From contig CAZRTH010000002.1 of the NCBI GenBank assembly GCA_964602975.1, forward strand, positions 7,668 to 71,667: a stretch of 64,000 bases of DNA, given 5' to 3'. Every line of letters starts with the position of its first letter. Position 1 is the stretch's first letter. Of this stretch, positions 1 through 9,791 are shown in pieces. The notes under the pieces are model-generated. The model worked only from the letters and a program-made list of their open reading frames with translations, did not search any database and was not told where the DNA came from. The position numbers and the translations under genes were made by a program. This DNA comes from an uncultured Candidatus Saccharibacteria bacterium (lineage in GTDB: Bacteria; Patescibacteriota; Minisyncoccia; Phycocordibacterales; JBBTRF01).

Positions 1-1218
1 TTGGCACGAGAGATCGCCACAAAGAAAACCGAGCTCGAGGCTCTTGGCGGCAAAGAGGTCCTGCTCGCAGCTGAGGCACAACAGCTCGAAATGAAGCGTC
101 ATCTCGAAGCGGGCCTTGAAAGGACTCGCCGAGACTCGCTCTTCAACCTAATCCCACGAGCATTGGTTGTTCGCATGGTGAAAATGGCGTACAAGATCAA
201 CGGTTACTTGGGCTGGAAAGATCTGACGGAAGAAAAGATTCGAGCCGAAGACTTGGCGAAGCGCAACGCCATCTTGAAGGGACGAACAAATGATCAATTG
301 AGCAAGGAGGAGGCATTCGACCTTCAGGATCTTGATACGCAGACAGACGCTCGTCTTGCCGGTCTCAAGCGCCACAATGCGCTCGGTGACCTCGGTTTGC
401 GCATTGGTGAACAGCAAAAATCGATCCGATATCTAAAAAGCGGACTGGGTATGAGTATCGGAGTGTTCAGCCCCATCACCTATAGTCCGACGTGGTGGAC
501 AGAGCATCCGGAGATGAAGGCGCAATTGGATAAGACCGAGGCCGCGCTCGCTGAGATCCGACAGAAAAAGCAGACAGTTGAGCAGGCAGAAATCAACCTT
601 ACTCAGTTGATGGCCAATCTCGAGGCGCTTCGTACCGACTCGCTTGCCGAGATTCCTCCGACGATCGCACTCGTGCAATATGCTCAGGCGCAGATCCGCA
701 ACACCATCACTTCTTTCTCGGAGGACACAGCAGTGGAGGATTTGGAGCGCATTGCAGACTACATCACATTGCTTGCTAACAAGGATGGAAAGAATACAGG
801 AAAAGAACCGTTTGAGGCAATACAGGATACTAGCGAGGTTGCCGATCGCCTACACGAAGCTATTGTTGCACAATGGGGGAAGCGTGTATTCGAGGTCTTT
901 AGCAAGACCGCTCTCAATCGCACTGGGGCTCTTGCGGAGATGGAGAAGACAGTCACTGCACTTTTGAGAAAAGGGGCGATCGGAAAGTACGACGACGATG
1001 GCTCAAAGCGGGCGATCGTGAAGGACTTACTTGCTGCAGCCTTCAAGAAGATCGATCCAACCAAGGGCGATGGCAAAGAGCGACGTATGGCTCTTATGGG
1101 CGTCATGATCAACTGCGGTCTTTTGAAGAAGGGCGAAAAGCTCGCGGGCGCGCCAGCGCCAGTTCCGGCGGCTCCGACCCCAGCGCCTGCAGCCGCTCCG
1201 GCAGCTCCGACCGTATAA
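1..1218 (+). CDS. hypothetical protein (5' partial, runs off window start); Ala/Pro-rich C-terminal tail (APAPVPAAPTPAPAAAPAAPTV)
   Basis: Open frame from position 1 to stop at 1218; no recognisable catalytic motif; tight spacing to the next two co-directional ORFs. Confidence 0.5.
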   Translation: MAREIATKKTELEALGGKEVLLAAEAQQLEMKRHLEAGLERTRRDSLFNLIPRALVVRMVKMAYKINGYLGWKDLTEEKIRAEDLAKRNAILKGRTNDQLSKEEAFDLQDLDTQTDARLAGLKRHNALGDLGLRIGEQQKSIRYLKSGLGMSIGVFSPITYSPTWWTEHPEMKAQLDKTEAALAEIRQKKQTVEQAEINLTQLMANLEALRTDSLAEIPPTIALVQYAQAQIRNTITSFSEDTAVEDLERIADYITLLANKDGKNTGKEPFEAIQDTSEVADRLHEAIVAQWGKRVFEVFSKTALNRTGALAEMEKTVTALLRKGAIGKYDDDGSKRAIVKDLLAAAFKKIDPTKGDGKERRMALMGVMINCGLLKKGEKLAGAPAPVPAAPTPAPAAAPAAPTV

Positions 1219-1236
1219 ATTTCACCCTCATCACCT

Positions 1237-1596
1237 ATGCCATCAAAAAAGAACAATTCAAGCATCCCATCCAAGGTCCGATCGACCAAGTCTTTTGGCT
1301 CAGACAAAGCAAAGCAGGCTGATCTCTCCCGATTGGGCGAGCTGATCGAAAAGCGCGATATGCCAGCTGCACAGACACTCATCGACGACTTGATGAAGCG
1401 GAAGCTCACCGAAAACGAAAAAGCACGCATTCACATGGACATGCTCTCGACCTATCTGCAGGTTTCCAATGAATTGAGCGAACAATATCTAGCCGAGCTG
1501 GAAGATGTGGTGGCGTTGATCAAAAGCTTGAAGAAGGAGGAGCGAGCAGTATCCGATGAATTGGCGGTAGCGAAGGTGCGGGCGAAACTGATATAA
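1237..1596 (+). CDS. hypothetical protein (119 aa)
   Basis: ORF 19 bp after previous stop and 8 bp before next start; likely operonic; no motif recognised. Confidence 0.4.
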   Translation: MPSKKNNSSIPSKVRSTKSFGSDKAKQADLSRLGELIEKRDMPAAQTLIDDLMKRKLTENEKARIHMDMLSTYLQVSNELSEQYLAELEDVVALIKSLKKEERAVSDELAVAKVRAKLI

Positions 1597-1603
1597 TAGG
1601 GGG

Positions 1604-4402
1604 ATGAACACTGGTCCCGAAGCGTTACATACTCCTGAACAGGAATTGGCTTTTCTGCGCGAGCAAGTGTCGAAGAAGGAGCGCGAGCTGCGCGAGCGCG
1701 GAGAACCGCAGCCCCTGCAAGAGCGCGTGATGAAGGAGAAGTTGGTCGAATATCAGGGGCTTCCGACAGAGAAAGTGCTCACGAAAGAGCGTCAATTGGC
1801 TCCGCAAGCAGCGGAGGCGATCGTTCTAAACATTGCTCCGGAGGCACACGATGAAAAAATGGCCGAATTATTGGCAGTGCTTCAGAAGCATGGCTTGAAG
1901 AACGCGTTGGATATTGTTGAGCGACTCAAGAGCCCTCACATCGAGGATGACTTCCACCGTTTTATTATCCAATATCTCAAGGCCGGTCATCGAGTGGATC
2001 AAATGAATCCAAAAGAGGCGATCTCCAAGGCGCTGAAGATGACTTTGTATGAGATCTCGCTGCCTGAGCGAGACGGGCAAGCTCCGGAAAAGCCTCTCAA
2101 GGAGCTCGTGTCTTCCATGGAGCAGCTGTACTCCGGTATGTCTTCTGTTTCCGACGACGATCCTGAGTCGGCTCACTACTTCACTATCGAACTTGCGGTG
2201 TCGAATTTTAGTGACGAATTTGTTTTCTACATGGCTGTGCCGGACACCAAACGAGACCTTTTCGAGAAGCAGGTGCTCGCTATTTTTCATAATGCTCGGA
2301 TCACCGAGAAGCACGACGACTACAACATCTTTTCCGAAAAAGGCGTGGTTGCCGGCTCGGCGGTTGGCTTAATGAAAAAGGCGGCGCTGCCGATCAAAAT
2401 GTATGACCAATTCGACCATGACCCGCTCAACGTCATCCTGAACACTTTCTCGAAGATCAAGCGCGATGGGGAGGGGGCAGCACTGCAGATCGTCTGTAAG
2501 CCGACAAGGAGTGAACTATATTTAAAGCGATACAAGAAGGCAATTGAGCGTATTCAAAAAGGCGTGAAGCCGAGCGATGCGATCGACTTTCCAGACACTT
2601 TTTTTGAGCACTTCACGCATGTGTTCAAGTCTTCGAAGAATCCAAAGAAGCCGAGAAAAGACGAGCCGAAAGAGCCGGAGCATGTGGACGAGACAGCTAT
2701 CGAACAGATCCAGCGCAAGATCGATAGCCCTATTATGCTCGCGAATATTCGCTTGATGGTATCAGCGGATACTGATGTTGCAGCGGATCGGATATTGTCC
2801 GACATGGAATCGGCTTTCAATCAATTTCAAAACACTAATGGCAACCGTTTCGTGTTCGATCGGCTAAAGAAGGGGCAGTTGCAGAAATTCGTGGATCATT
2901 TTGCTTTCCGCCTGTACGACGAAGATATGCAGATGCCGCTGAGCTTGCGCGAGCTCACTACCGTGATGCATTTGCCGGCCACCGTTCTTCGTTCTGCGCC
3001 GCAACTCAAGATCTCAAAGGCGGGTACGGCTCCGGCTCCGCTCGATCTGCCACGGCAGGGTATTTTGCTCGGTATGAACGAATTCCGCAATATGAAAACG
3101 GAGATCCATATGACTCCCGAAGACCGCCTCCGCCATTTCTACGTGATCGGCCAGACCGGTACCGGAAAGACGAGTTTGTTGAAGAATATGATCGTGCAAG
3201 ATATTCAAAACGGCGACGGCGTCTGTTTCATCGACCCGCACGGCAGCGATATTCAGGACATTTTGTCGAAGGTTCCGAAGGAGCGCTACGAGGATGTCAT
3301 CTATTTCGACCCTGCGTACACCGAGCGGCCGATGGGGTTGAACATGCTCCAATACGATCCACGGTTCCCAGAGCAGAAGACCTTCGTGGTGAACGAAATG
3401 CTCTCTATTTTCAACAAACTTTTCGACATGAAGACGGCTGGTGGTCCGATGTTCGAGCAGTATTTCCGCAATGCGGTGCTTTTGACGATCGATGATCCTT
3501 CTTCTGGTGGTACGCTGTTGGATGTGTCGCGCGTGCTGTCGTCGAAGCTGTTCCGTGAGCAGAAATTGGCGAAGTGTACCAATCCGGTGGTGATCCAATT
3601 CTGGAAGGAGGTAGCAGAGAAGGCAGGTGGGGAATCGTCTTTGGCGAATATTGTGCCGTATGTAGTGAGCAAATTTGATACGTTCTTGAGCAACGACATC
3701 ATGCGGCCAGTGATCGCACAGGAGAAGTCCACTTTCAATTTCCGCGAGATTATGGATACGAAGAAGATCTTGTTGGTGAATTTGTCGAAGGGACGTCTCG
3801 GCGATATCAATGCCAATTTGATCGGTCTTATTTTGGTTGGCAAGATTTTGATGGCGGCGTTGTCGCGTGCCGATTCGCTCAATGGTGCGAGCGCGCTCGG
3901 CGGGGGAGCGGCGGGCATTGCTGGCAGTGCCGCAGTGTCAAAAATGCCACCGTTCTATCTGTACATCGACGAATTTCAGAATGTCACCACAGATTCGATC
4001 TCGGTCATTTTGTCGGAAGCGAGAAAGTACAAGCTCAGTTTGAATATCGCACACCAATTCATCGCCCAGCTGCAAGAGGGGATCAAAAACTCCGTGTTCG
4101 GCAACGTTGGTTCGATCGCCGCTTTCCGTGTGGGTGCCGAGGATGCGGAATATTTAGAGAAGCAGTTTGCGCCGGTGTTTACCGCCAAGGACAGTATGAA
4201 TGTCGACAATTACAACGCATACGTGAAGCTGTTGGCGGCCGGCCGGCCGGTGAAGCCGTTCAGCATGCACCTCGTGCCGCCAACGGCCGGCCGGCCGGAC
4301 CAAGTCGAGAACCTCAAGCAATTGTCGTATATGAAATTCGGCAGGAACAAAGCGGACGTCGAAGCGGAGATCTTGCTCAAGTATCAGAAAAAGAACGCCT
4401 AA
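1604..4402 (+). CDS. TraD/VirD4/TrwB-like (type IV coupling protein-like) P-loop ATPase with long N-terminal extension
   Basis: C-terminal half has Walker A 'VIGQTGTGKTSLLKNM' followed by 'CFIDPHGS' (matches TrwB/TraD 'GATGTGKS...IVDPNG' pattern) and Walker B-like 'LYIDEFQN' plus 'NIAHQF'; no N-terminal TM segment seen. Confidence 0.6.
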   Translation: MNTGPEALHTPEQELAFLREQVSKKERELRERGEPQPLQERVMKEKLVEYQGLPTEKVLTKERQLAPQAAEAIVLNIAPEAHDEKMAELLAVLQKHGLKNALDIVERLKSPHIEDDFHRFIIQYLKAGHRVDQMNPKEAISKALKMTLYEISLPERDGQAPEKPLKELVSSMEQLYSGMSSVSDDDPESAHYFTIELAVSNFSDEFVFYMAVPDTKRDLFEKQVLAIFHNARITEKHDDYNIFSEKGVVAGSAVGLMKKAALPIKMYDQFDHDPLNVILNTFSKIKRDGEGAALQIVCKPTRSELYLKRYKKAIERIQKGVKPSDAIDFPDTFFEHFTHVFKSSKNPKKPRKDEPKEPEHVDETAIEQIQRKIDSPIMLANIRLMVSADTDVAADRILSDMESAFNQFQNTNGNRFVFDRLKKGQLQKFVDHFAFRLYDEDMQMPLSLRELTTVMHLPATVLRSAPQLKISKAGTAPAPLDLPRQGILLGMNEFRNMKTEIHMTPEDRLRHFYVIGQTGTGKTSLLKNMIVQDIQNGDGVCFIDPHGSDIQDILSKVPKERYEDVIYFDPAYTERPMGLNMLQYDPRFPEQKTFVVNEMLSIFNKLFDMKTAGGPMFEQYFRNAVLLTIDDPSSGGTLLDVSRVLSSKLFREQKLAKCTNPVVIQFWKEVAEKAGGESSLANIVPYVVSKFDTFLSNDIMRPVIAQEKSTFNFREIMDTKKILLVNLSKGRLGDINANLIGLILVGKILMAALSRADSLNGASALGGGAAGIAGSAAVSKMPPFYLYIDEFQNVTTDSISVILSEARKYKLSLNIAHQFIAQLQEGIKNSVFGNVGSIAAFRVGAEDAEYLEKQFAPVFTAKDSMNVDNYNAYVKLLAAGRPVKPFSMHLVPPTAGRPDQVENLKQLSYMKFGRNKADVEAEILLKYQKKNA

Positions 4403-4439
4403 GTCACACCGTCGCCATTACCCATTTCTCCCCGAATCA

Positions 4440-5063
4440 ATGTCTCATACCAACATCCAAAAATACAAATACGAACGCACGCTAGTGGTCATAAAACCGG
4501 ATGGTATTCAGCGCTCACTCATTGGTGAGATCATTCAGCGCTATGAGCGCACCGGCCTGAAGCTTGTTGGCTTGAAAATGCTTGTGCCAAAGCCGGATTT
4601 CATCGAGAAGCACTACACGCTCGATCCGGAATGGCGTCGCCTGACAGGGGAGAAGAATATCAAGGGATACGAAGCAAAAGGACTGGAGCATCCGCACAAG
4701 AACGATCCGCTCAAGGTTACCGAGGTCATTCTCGAAAAGTTGAAAAAATATCTCTCCAGCGGGCCGGTCATCGCCATGGTTTGGCAGGGCGCACATGCAG
4801 TACAGATCGTCCGCAAGCTCACCGGTGTCACTGAGCCATTGATGTCGGATGTCGGCACTATCCGCGGCGACTTTGTGCTTGATTCGTATAAAATTTCGGA
4901 TGACGATCTTCGCGCTGTGAGAAATCTCGTGCACTCTTCCGGATCGGTCAAGGAAGCTGAAGATGAGATCGCTCATTGGTTCTCTCCGAATGAGATCATT
5001 CGCTACAACACCGTCCAAGAAAAGATCCTCTACAACGTCGATCTCGACGGAATCTTTGAATAA
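4440..5063 (+). CDS. ndk: nucleoside diphosphate kinase (with ~50-60 aa internal insertion)
   Basis: N-terminal 'ERTLVVIKPDGIQRSLIGEIIQRYERTGLKLVGLKM' and C-terminal 'NLVHSSGSVKEAEDEIAHWF' match NDK signature (IKPDG...NxxHGSDS..A..EI..WF); longer than canonical ~140-150 aa. Confidence 0.8.
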   Translation: MSHTNIQKYKYERTLVVIKPDGIQRSLIGEIIQRYERTGLKLVGLKMLVPKPDFIEKHYTLDPEWRRLTGEKNIKGYEAKGLEHPHKNDPLKVTEVILEKLKKYLSSGPVIAMVWQGAHAVQIVRKLTGVTEPLMSDVGTIRGDFVLDSYKISDDDLRAVRNLVHSSGSVKEAEDEIAHWFSPNEIIRYNTVQEKILYNVDLDGIFE

Positions 5064-5744
5064 TTTCGATCAAAAAAGCTCTAAATACGGCTGCTCCAGA
5101 GCGCTATCCAGAGCTATGAACAGCTTAGACACACATTATGCACAGCTTGTGCACTTTTCTGTCCACTTTTGACATTGACGCCTTTTGTCACAGGTCTAGA
5201 ATACACATTAGGATTGTCTTGACTGCTTGCATTGCTAACCAAAATCAAAGGAGCCCGATGTTCGAGCGTTCCGATGAGTGTAGCATTACGCAACGTTCTG
5301 ACGAGCCCTCACTGGGGCACCAATTACATTTTTGCAAATAGCGAGCGATCTCAATCCTCCATCTTGAAGAACACCCTGTTATGAGCAGGGTCTTCTTCTG
5401 TCAATTTTTTCATTCTTTCTTTTCCATGTTCTAATACTTTCTCCTCATTGCACTCCAAAATGGGAGGCATATAATTAGTGTAGGGTTATTCGCAGTATTA
5501 ACTCTATAACACATATTAAGGGAGATCTAATTGTTGGATCCTGATGAGCGCTTCGCGTTCTGACCGTTCCATCTGCGATCACCCACCTGGCTTAGGCTGG
5601 GTAAATACTGACTGATAACCCTACGAAGAAACTGTCCGGCGCACTCCGCGCTCGAGACGGTTTTTTCTTGCCCGTTTGCGCTTCCTTGGATACTTTCTGC
5701 AACATTAGATGGCTTTGTTTGGCCAACTGGGATAGGATAGCGGA

Positions 5745-6401
5745 GTGAAAACAGAAGAGCAAAACGCCCTATTGTTCGCTATCATTCCGCTGGCAGCCTG
5801 CATGATCTTGTTCGTAGTGAACCCCTTCTCGCCGCTAGAAGCTCCTGTAGTGCAATATGGTGGAGTACCGGCACCAATTGAGCAAGGGTTTGGTGAAGAC
5901 CCGGGCGTACTACCTGTGGACTATTCTGGTATGCCGTTGCAGCTTCGTATTCCAAAGATCGAGGTGGATGCGCCGTTTGAGCCTGTTGGCGTCTTGTCGG
6001 ATGGAAGTATGGGCGTACCCAAGCGGCCGGAGCGAGTGGGTTGGTATGCATTCGGCCCTCGGCCTGGCGAAAAAGGGAGTGCTGTTGTGGCGGGGCATCG
6101 TGGTTGGAGGAGCGGGGAAGCCGTTTTTGATCGACTGAATGAACTTCTTCCCGGTGACACTATTTTAGTCGCTGATGCAGACAACAAGTGGCACACATTT
6201 ATTGTTCGAGGGAGCAAATTGTTCGATCCGCAGCAAGAGACCGAAGAGGTGTTTGGACGATGGCCGGCTGGCACTGCCGCTGGCCATGGTTCTACGGGCT
6301 CCAGCGGTGCTTTCCTCAATCTCATCACCTGCGAGGGCGAATGGGACCGCACCGCGAAGCAGTATACGAAGCGTTTGGTGGTGTTTGCGGAGAGGATCTA
6401 G
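5745..6401 (+). CDS. sortase family transpeptidase (class E/F-like)
   Basis: N-terminal TM helix, 'VAGHRGW' His region, 'LITCEGEW' (TLxTC catalytic Cys motif) and downstream Arg ('TKRLVVFAE'). Confidence 0.7.
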   Translation: MKTEEQNALLFAIIPLAACMILFVVNPFSPLEAPVVQYGGVPAPIEQGFGEDPGVLPVDYSGMPLQLRIPKIEVDAPFEPVGVLSDGSMGVPKRPERVGWYAFGPRPGEKGSAVVAGHRGWRSGEAVFDRLNELLPGDTILVADADNKWHTFIVRGSKLFDPQQETEEVFGRWPAGTAAGHGSTGSSGAFLNLITCEGEWDRTAKQYTKRLVVFAERI

Positions 6402-6485
6402 CCCAAACAGCATTTCTTTAATATTTCTTTATTGTTTCTTGATACTTTCTTTGCGATTTCTTGATCACCTATCTGTTAGAGTATC

Positions 6486-6983
6486 TTGGTGATATCCGAA
6501 AAGGAGTACAACTACGCTTTTGTAGACATGCAAAATATTATTTGCGGTGTCGAAAGGCTTGGTTGGCTCGTTGATTTTGAAAAACTATTTAAATACCTTT
6601 CGTACAAGCACCGTGCCGTGAGAATCTTCCTATTTGTGGGGTATGTGGAAAAATTTTCTCGTTCCTACAGATTCCTGGAGAAAATAGGTTATTTAATTTG
6701 TTACAAGCCAGTAGTTGTTGATAATCTTGGAAGGCCAAAGGCAAATATTGATGCAGATATGGTACTAAAGGCTGTCCTAGAAAAAGAAAATTATACGAAA
6801 GCAATTATTTTGAGTGGCGACGGAGACTTCTATTCGCTAGTGGCATATCTTTTCCAAGAGAACAAGTTGGAAGTTGTGCTTTGCCCGAGCATGCAAGCCT
6901 GTTCGAGTCTACTGAAACGTCACGCGCCTGGGCACATTACAGACATGTCGAGCTGTCGGAATCAAATTTCGTTGGCCACATAA
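6486..6983 (+). CDS. NYN (LabA-like) domain protein, predicted RNase
   Basis: 'YAFVDMQNI...' N-terminus and 'ILSGDGDFYSLV' Asp-rich motif typical of NYN/PIN-like fold; start codon uncertain (TTG at 6486 or ATG at 6528). Confidence 0.6.
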   Translation: MVISEKEYNYAFVDMQNIICGVERLGWLVDFEKLFKYLSYKHRAVRIFLFVGYVEKFSRSYRFLEKIGYLICYKPVVVDNLGRPKANIDADMVLKAVLEKENYTKAIILSGDGDFYSLVAYLFQENKLEVVLCPSMQACSSLLKRHAPGHITDMSSCRNQISLAT

Positions 6984-7107
6984 ATGAAAAAGCACCGCAT
7001 GGACACGCAGTACTCATGAAGGGCTTTTTCCTCGTTTCCGACACTAGTAATGATAACAATCATAGGTACTGGAGTCAACTTTTCTCTGTTCTGTTATACT
7101 TATCTTC

Positions 7108-8541
7108 ATGAACGATCAAGTGAAAACTCCGCGGATCACATTTTATGGTGGGGTGGGGGTAGTGACTGGGGCAAATTTTTTGCTTGAGACGATCGATGCT
7201 GATAGCGGCACAGCGAGTGGAATGTCTGCCGGCAAGCGCATTCTAGTGGACTGCGGCCTTGAGCAGGGTTCGCCTGAGTCGGCGCGGCGCAATCGCAAAG
7301 CCTTTGAATATGATCCGGCCGCGATGGACTATTTGTTCATCACGCACGCGCATCTCGACCACGTCGGCCGCATCGGCAAATTGGTGAAGGACGGTTTCCA
7401 GGGCATCATCTATTCGACACCAGAAACAAAGGCATTGGCCGAGCTCATCATGGACGATGCGGTCGGCTTGTTGGCGCGAGAGGCCCAAAGAGACGGCGTG
7501 TTGCCGCTGTATGAGGCCAAAGAGGTGACCAAGGCACTGAGTCTCTGGAAGACGATCGAATACCATACTCATTTTCAGGTGTGTGCGGGCGTGGAGGTAT
7601 TTCTGCGCGATGCCGGCCACATCCTCGGTTCGGCCATGATCGAATTCAAGATACAAACAACGTCCGGAGAATCCCGCAAAGTGCTTTTCACCGGCGATCT
7701 TGGCAACTCACCAACGCCCTTGCTGAAGGACACTGAGTCGATCGAAAGTTCCGACGCGGACTATCTCATAATGGAGAGTGTATATGGCGATCGAAACCAC
7801 GAGCCGGCACATGAGCGAAAAGAGAAGCTGAGAAGGGTGATCAACGAAACAGTGAAGCGCCGCGGCGTGGTGGTCATTCCTGCTTTTTCGATCGAACGGA
7901 CACAGGTGATCCTATACGAATTGAACAATTTGGTGGATTGCGGACAGATTCCGAGCGTTCCCGTATATGTCGATTCGCCGCTGGCGATAAAAGCCACCGA
8001 TGTATATAAAAGATCGACTCGTTTTTTCAATACGGAAGCCCAGGCCGATGCGAATGAAGGTGATCATCAGCTTTTCAACTTTCCTCGGCTCAAATACGTG
8101 CCGACCAACGAGGGATCTCGCGCGATCGAAAATATGCCAGGTCCGAAGATCATCTTGGCTGGTTCCGGAATGTCCGCTGGAGGACGGGTGATCCATCATG
8201 AATCCGAGTACCTGCCCGATGAAAAGAATACGATCTTGTTGGTCGGCTATCAGAGTATCGGCACGCTGGGCAGGCAATTGCTTGATGGTCACAAGACCGT
8301 GAGGATCAACGATCGCGATGTTCGCGTGAAGGCGCACATCGAAACGATCTATGGATATTCGTCACACAAAGATTCAGATCATCTGGTGGAATTTGTCGAG
8401 GAGGGCGTTGATTCGTTGAAAAAAGTGTTCGTGACGATGGGGGAACCAAAAGCTTCACTGTTTTTGGTACAGAAGCTGCGGGACAATGTTGGAGTGGATG
8501 CGATTATGCCGGAAAGGGCGACTCCGTACGAAATCGTCTAG
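7108..8541 (+). CDS. beta-CASP family MBL-fold ribonuclease (RNase J/CPSF-like)
   Basis: Metallo-beta-lactamase motif 'FITHAHLDHVGRIG', later 'FTGDLGN' and C-terminal His-containing beta-CASP-like motifs; 477 aa. Confidence 0.7.
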   Translation: MNDQVKTPRITFYGGVGVVTGANFLLETIDADSGTASGMSAGKRILVDCGLEQGSPESARRNRKAFEYDPAAMDYLFITHAHLDHVGRIGKLVKDGFQGIIYSTPETKALAELIMDDAVGLLAREAQRDGVLPLYEAKEVTKALSLWKTIEYHTHFQVCAGVEVFLRDAGHILGSAMIEFKIQTTSGESRKVLFTGDLGNSPTPLLKDTESIESSDADYLIMESVYGDRNHEPAHERKEKLRRVINETVKRRGVVVIPAFSIERTQVILYELNNLVDCGQIPSVPVYVDSPLAIKATDVYKRSTRFFNTEAQADANEGDHQLFNFPRLKYVPTNEGSRAIENMPGPKIILAGSGMSAGGRVIHHESEYLPDEKNTILLVGYQSIGTLGRQLLDGHKTVRINDRDVRVKAHIETIYGYSSHKDSDHLVEFVEEGVDSLKKVFVTMGEPKASLFLVQKLRDNVGVDAIMPERATPYEIV

Positions 8542-8543
8542 GC

Positions 8544-8888
8544 TTATTTTACCTTCTCAACCACTCGCTTGAAAGTCTCAGGATGGAATTCGGCGAGATG
8601 CGCCATGATCTTTCGGTCGACTTCGATATTCTGCTTCTTCATCGCGCCGACAAATTTGCTGTATGAAAGGCCCATTGGGTCGAGTGCGGCGTTCATCTTC
8701 ACGATCCACAAGCGTCGCATCACGCCCTTCTTGTCGCGTCGGTGTGCGAAGGCGTATGAGCCGGCATGAGAGATCGCCTCGTACGCCATTCGCTCCTTGG
8801 TGCTTCGGCCAAATCGATAGCCCTTGACCTGCTTGAGGACATTCTTTCGGGTCTTTAGGGCGTTTGTTGCTTTCTTTACGCGTACCAT
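8544..8888 (-). CDS. rplT: 50S ribosomal protein L20
   Basis: 'MVRVKKATNALKTRKNVLKQVKGYRFGRS...RRLWIVKMNAA' aligns to L20 (MARVKRG...KKILK.AKGY...R.LWI.RINAA). Confidence 0.9.
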   Translation of the reverse strand: MVRVKKATNALKTRKNVLKQVKGYRFGRSTKERMAYEAISHAGSYAFAHRRDKKGVMRRLWIVKMNAALDPMGLSYSKFVGAMKKQNIEVDRKIMAHLAEFHPETFKRVVEKVK

Positions 8889-8925
8889 TGGGGTGTTGTT
8901 ATGCTTGTGTGGGTTTTAATAAAAT

Positions 8926-9126
8926 TTAGCGTCCGAGAGCGGCGTTGCCGCCGAGGAAGCGAGCTCGCGACTTGTTGGTCATGATGATCGAACCCATTCG
9001 GTTCTTCTTCATCTGGGAACGTCGTCGCTCCTTGGCATTGAAGTGGTTGTGACCTTTGCCTCGAGCGAGGACTTTGCCCGCTTTGGTGACTTTGAGGCGC
9101 TTGGTGTATGACTTGTTGGGTCGCAT
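8926..9126 (-). CDS. rpmI: 50S ribosomal protein L35
   Basis: 66-aa very basic protein between infC and rplT in the conserved infC-rpmI-rplT order; 'KVTKAGKVLARGKGHNHFNAK' L35-like. Confidence 0.75.
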   Translation of the reverse strand: MRPNKSYTKRLKVTKAGKVLARGKGHNHFNAKERRRSQMKKNRMGSIIMTNKSRARFLGGNAALGR

Positions 9127-9180
9127 GGGATTGATATTAAAATTCGATGTTATGTTTGTTTTTGTGTGTTTGGCGTTTCG

Positions 9181-9726
9181 CTATTTCTTCTCGATGATGA
9201 CAGTGAGGCCTTTCAGAGCCTTCTTCGGCGCTTCGGCGATCGTGTACTCCTCGGTGATCAGCTTGAGGATGCGCTCGAGTCGCTCTTTCAGGAAGTTGAA
9301 TTCCATGTACTTCGAGCGGCCGGTGAGGAAAAGGTCGATCTTGATCCGATGCCCCTCCTTCAGCCATTCCGATGCCTTTTTCGCTTTCAATTCAAGGTCG
9401 TGCTCGCCGGTGCCGATCTTCACTTGGACTGTCTTCACTTCGATGACGTGGGCTTTCGCCTTTGCCGCCTTGAGCTTCTTGTTCTGATCGTACTGAAACT
9501 TTCCGTAGTCCATGATCTTGGCGATCGGCGGGACTGCGCTCGGAGAGATTTCGATGAGATCAAGGCCTGCTGCCTGGGCTTTGTCGAGAGCGTCCTTCAG
9601 GGAAATGACCCCAAAGTTCTCTCCGACAGGCCCGATGACGCGAAGCTCCGCGACTCGAATTTGATGATTTATCCTGTGATTTACGGTGCTCACGATGTAT
9701 GAAGTAACCCAGCATTTATAGCACAA
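9181..9726 (-). CDS. infC: translation initiation factor IF-3
   Basis: 'INHQIRVAELRVIGPVGENFGVISLKDALDKAQAAGLDLIEISPSAVPPIAKIMDYGKF' aligns with E. coli IF3 '[59 protein letters not shown]'; true start probably a non-ATG codon slightly downstream of the ORF-track Met (alignment begins ~15 residues in). Confidence 0.85.
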   Translation of the reverse strand: MCYKCWVTSYIVSTVNHRINHQIRVAELRVIGPVGENFGVISLKDALDKAQAAGLDLIEISPSAVPPIAKIMDYGKFQYDQNKKLKAAKAKAHVIEVKTVQVKIGTGEHDLELKAKKASEWLKEGHRIKIDLFLTGRSKYMEFNFLKERLERILKLITEEYTIAEAPKKALKGLTVIIEKK

Positions 9727-9791
9727 TAGCCCTTTTTACGCAATGTTTTGGCCGACAGGGCGATTTTTGCAGGGCGTATCGCCCAAACTCG

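Noticed and set aside
5541-5580. 'CUGAUGAG' hammerhead-like core in the long spacer
   Set aside because: No downstream 'CGAAAC' or stem II/III complementarity. An isolated octamer match.
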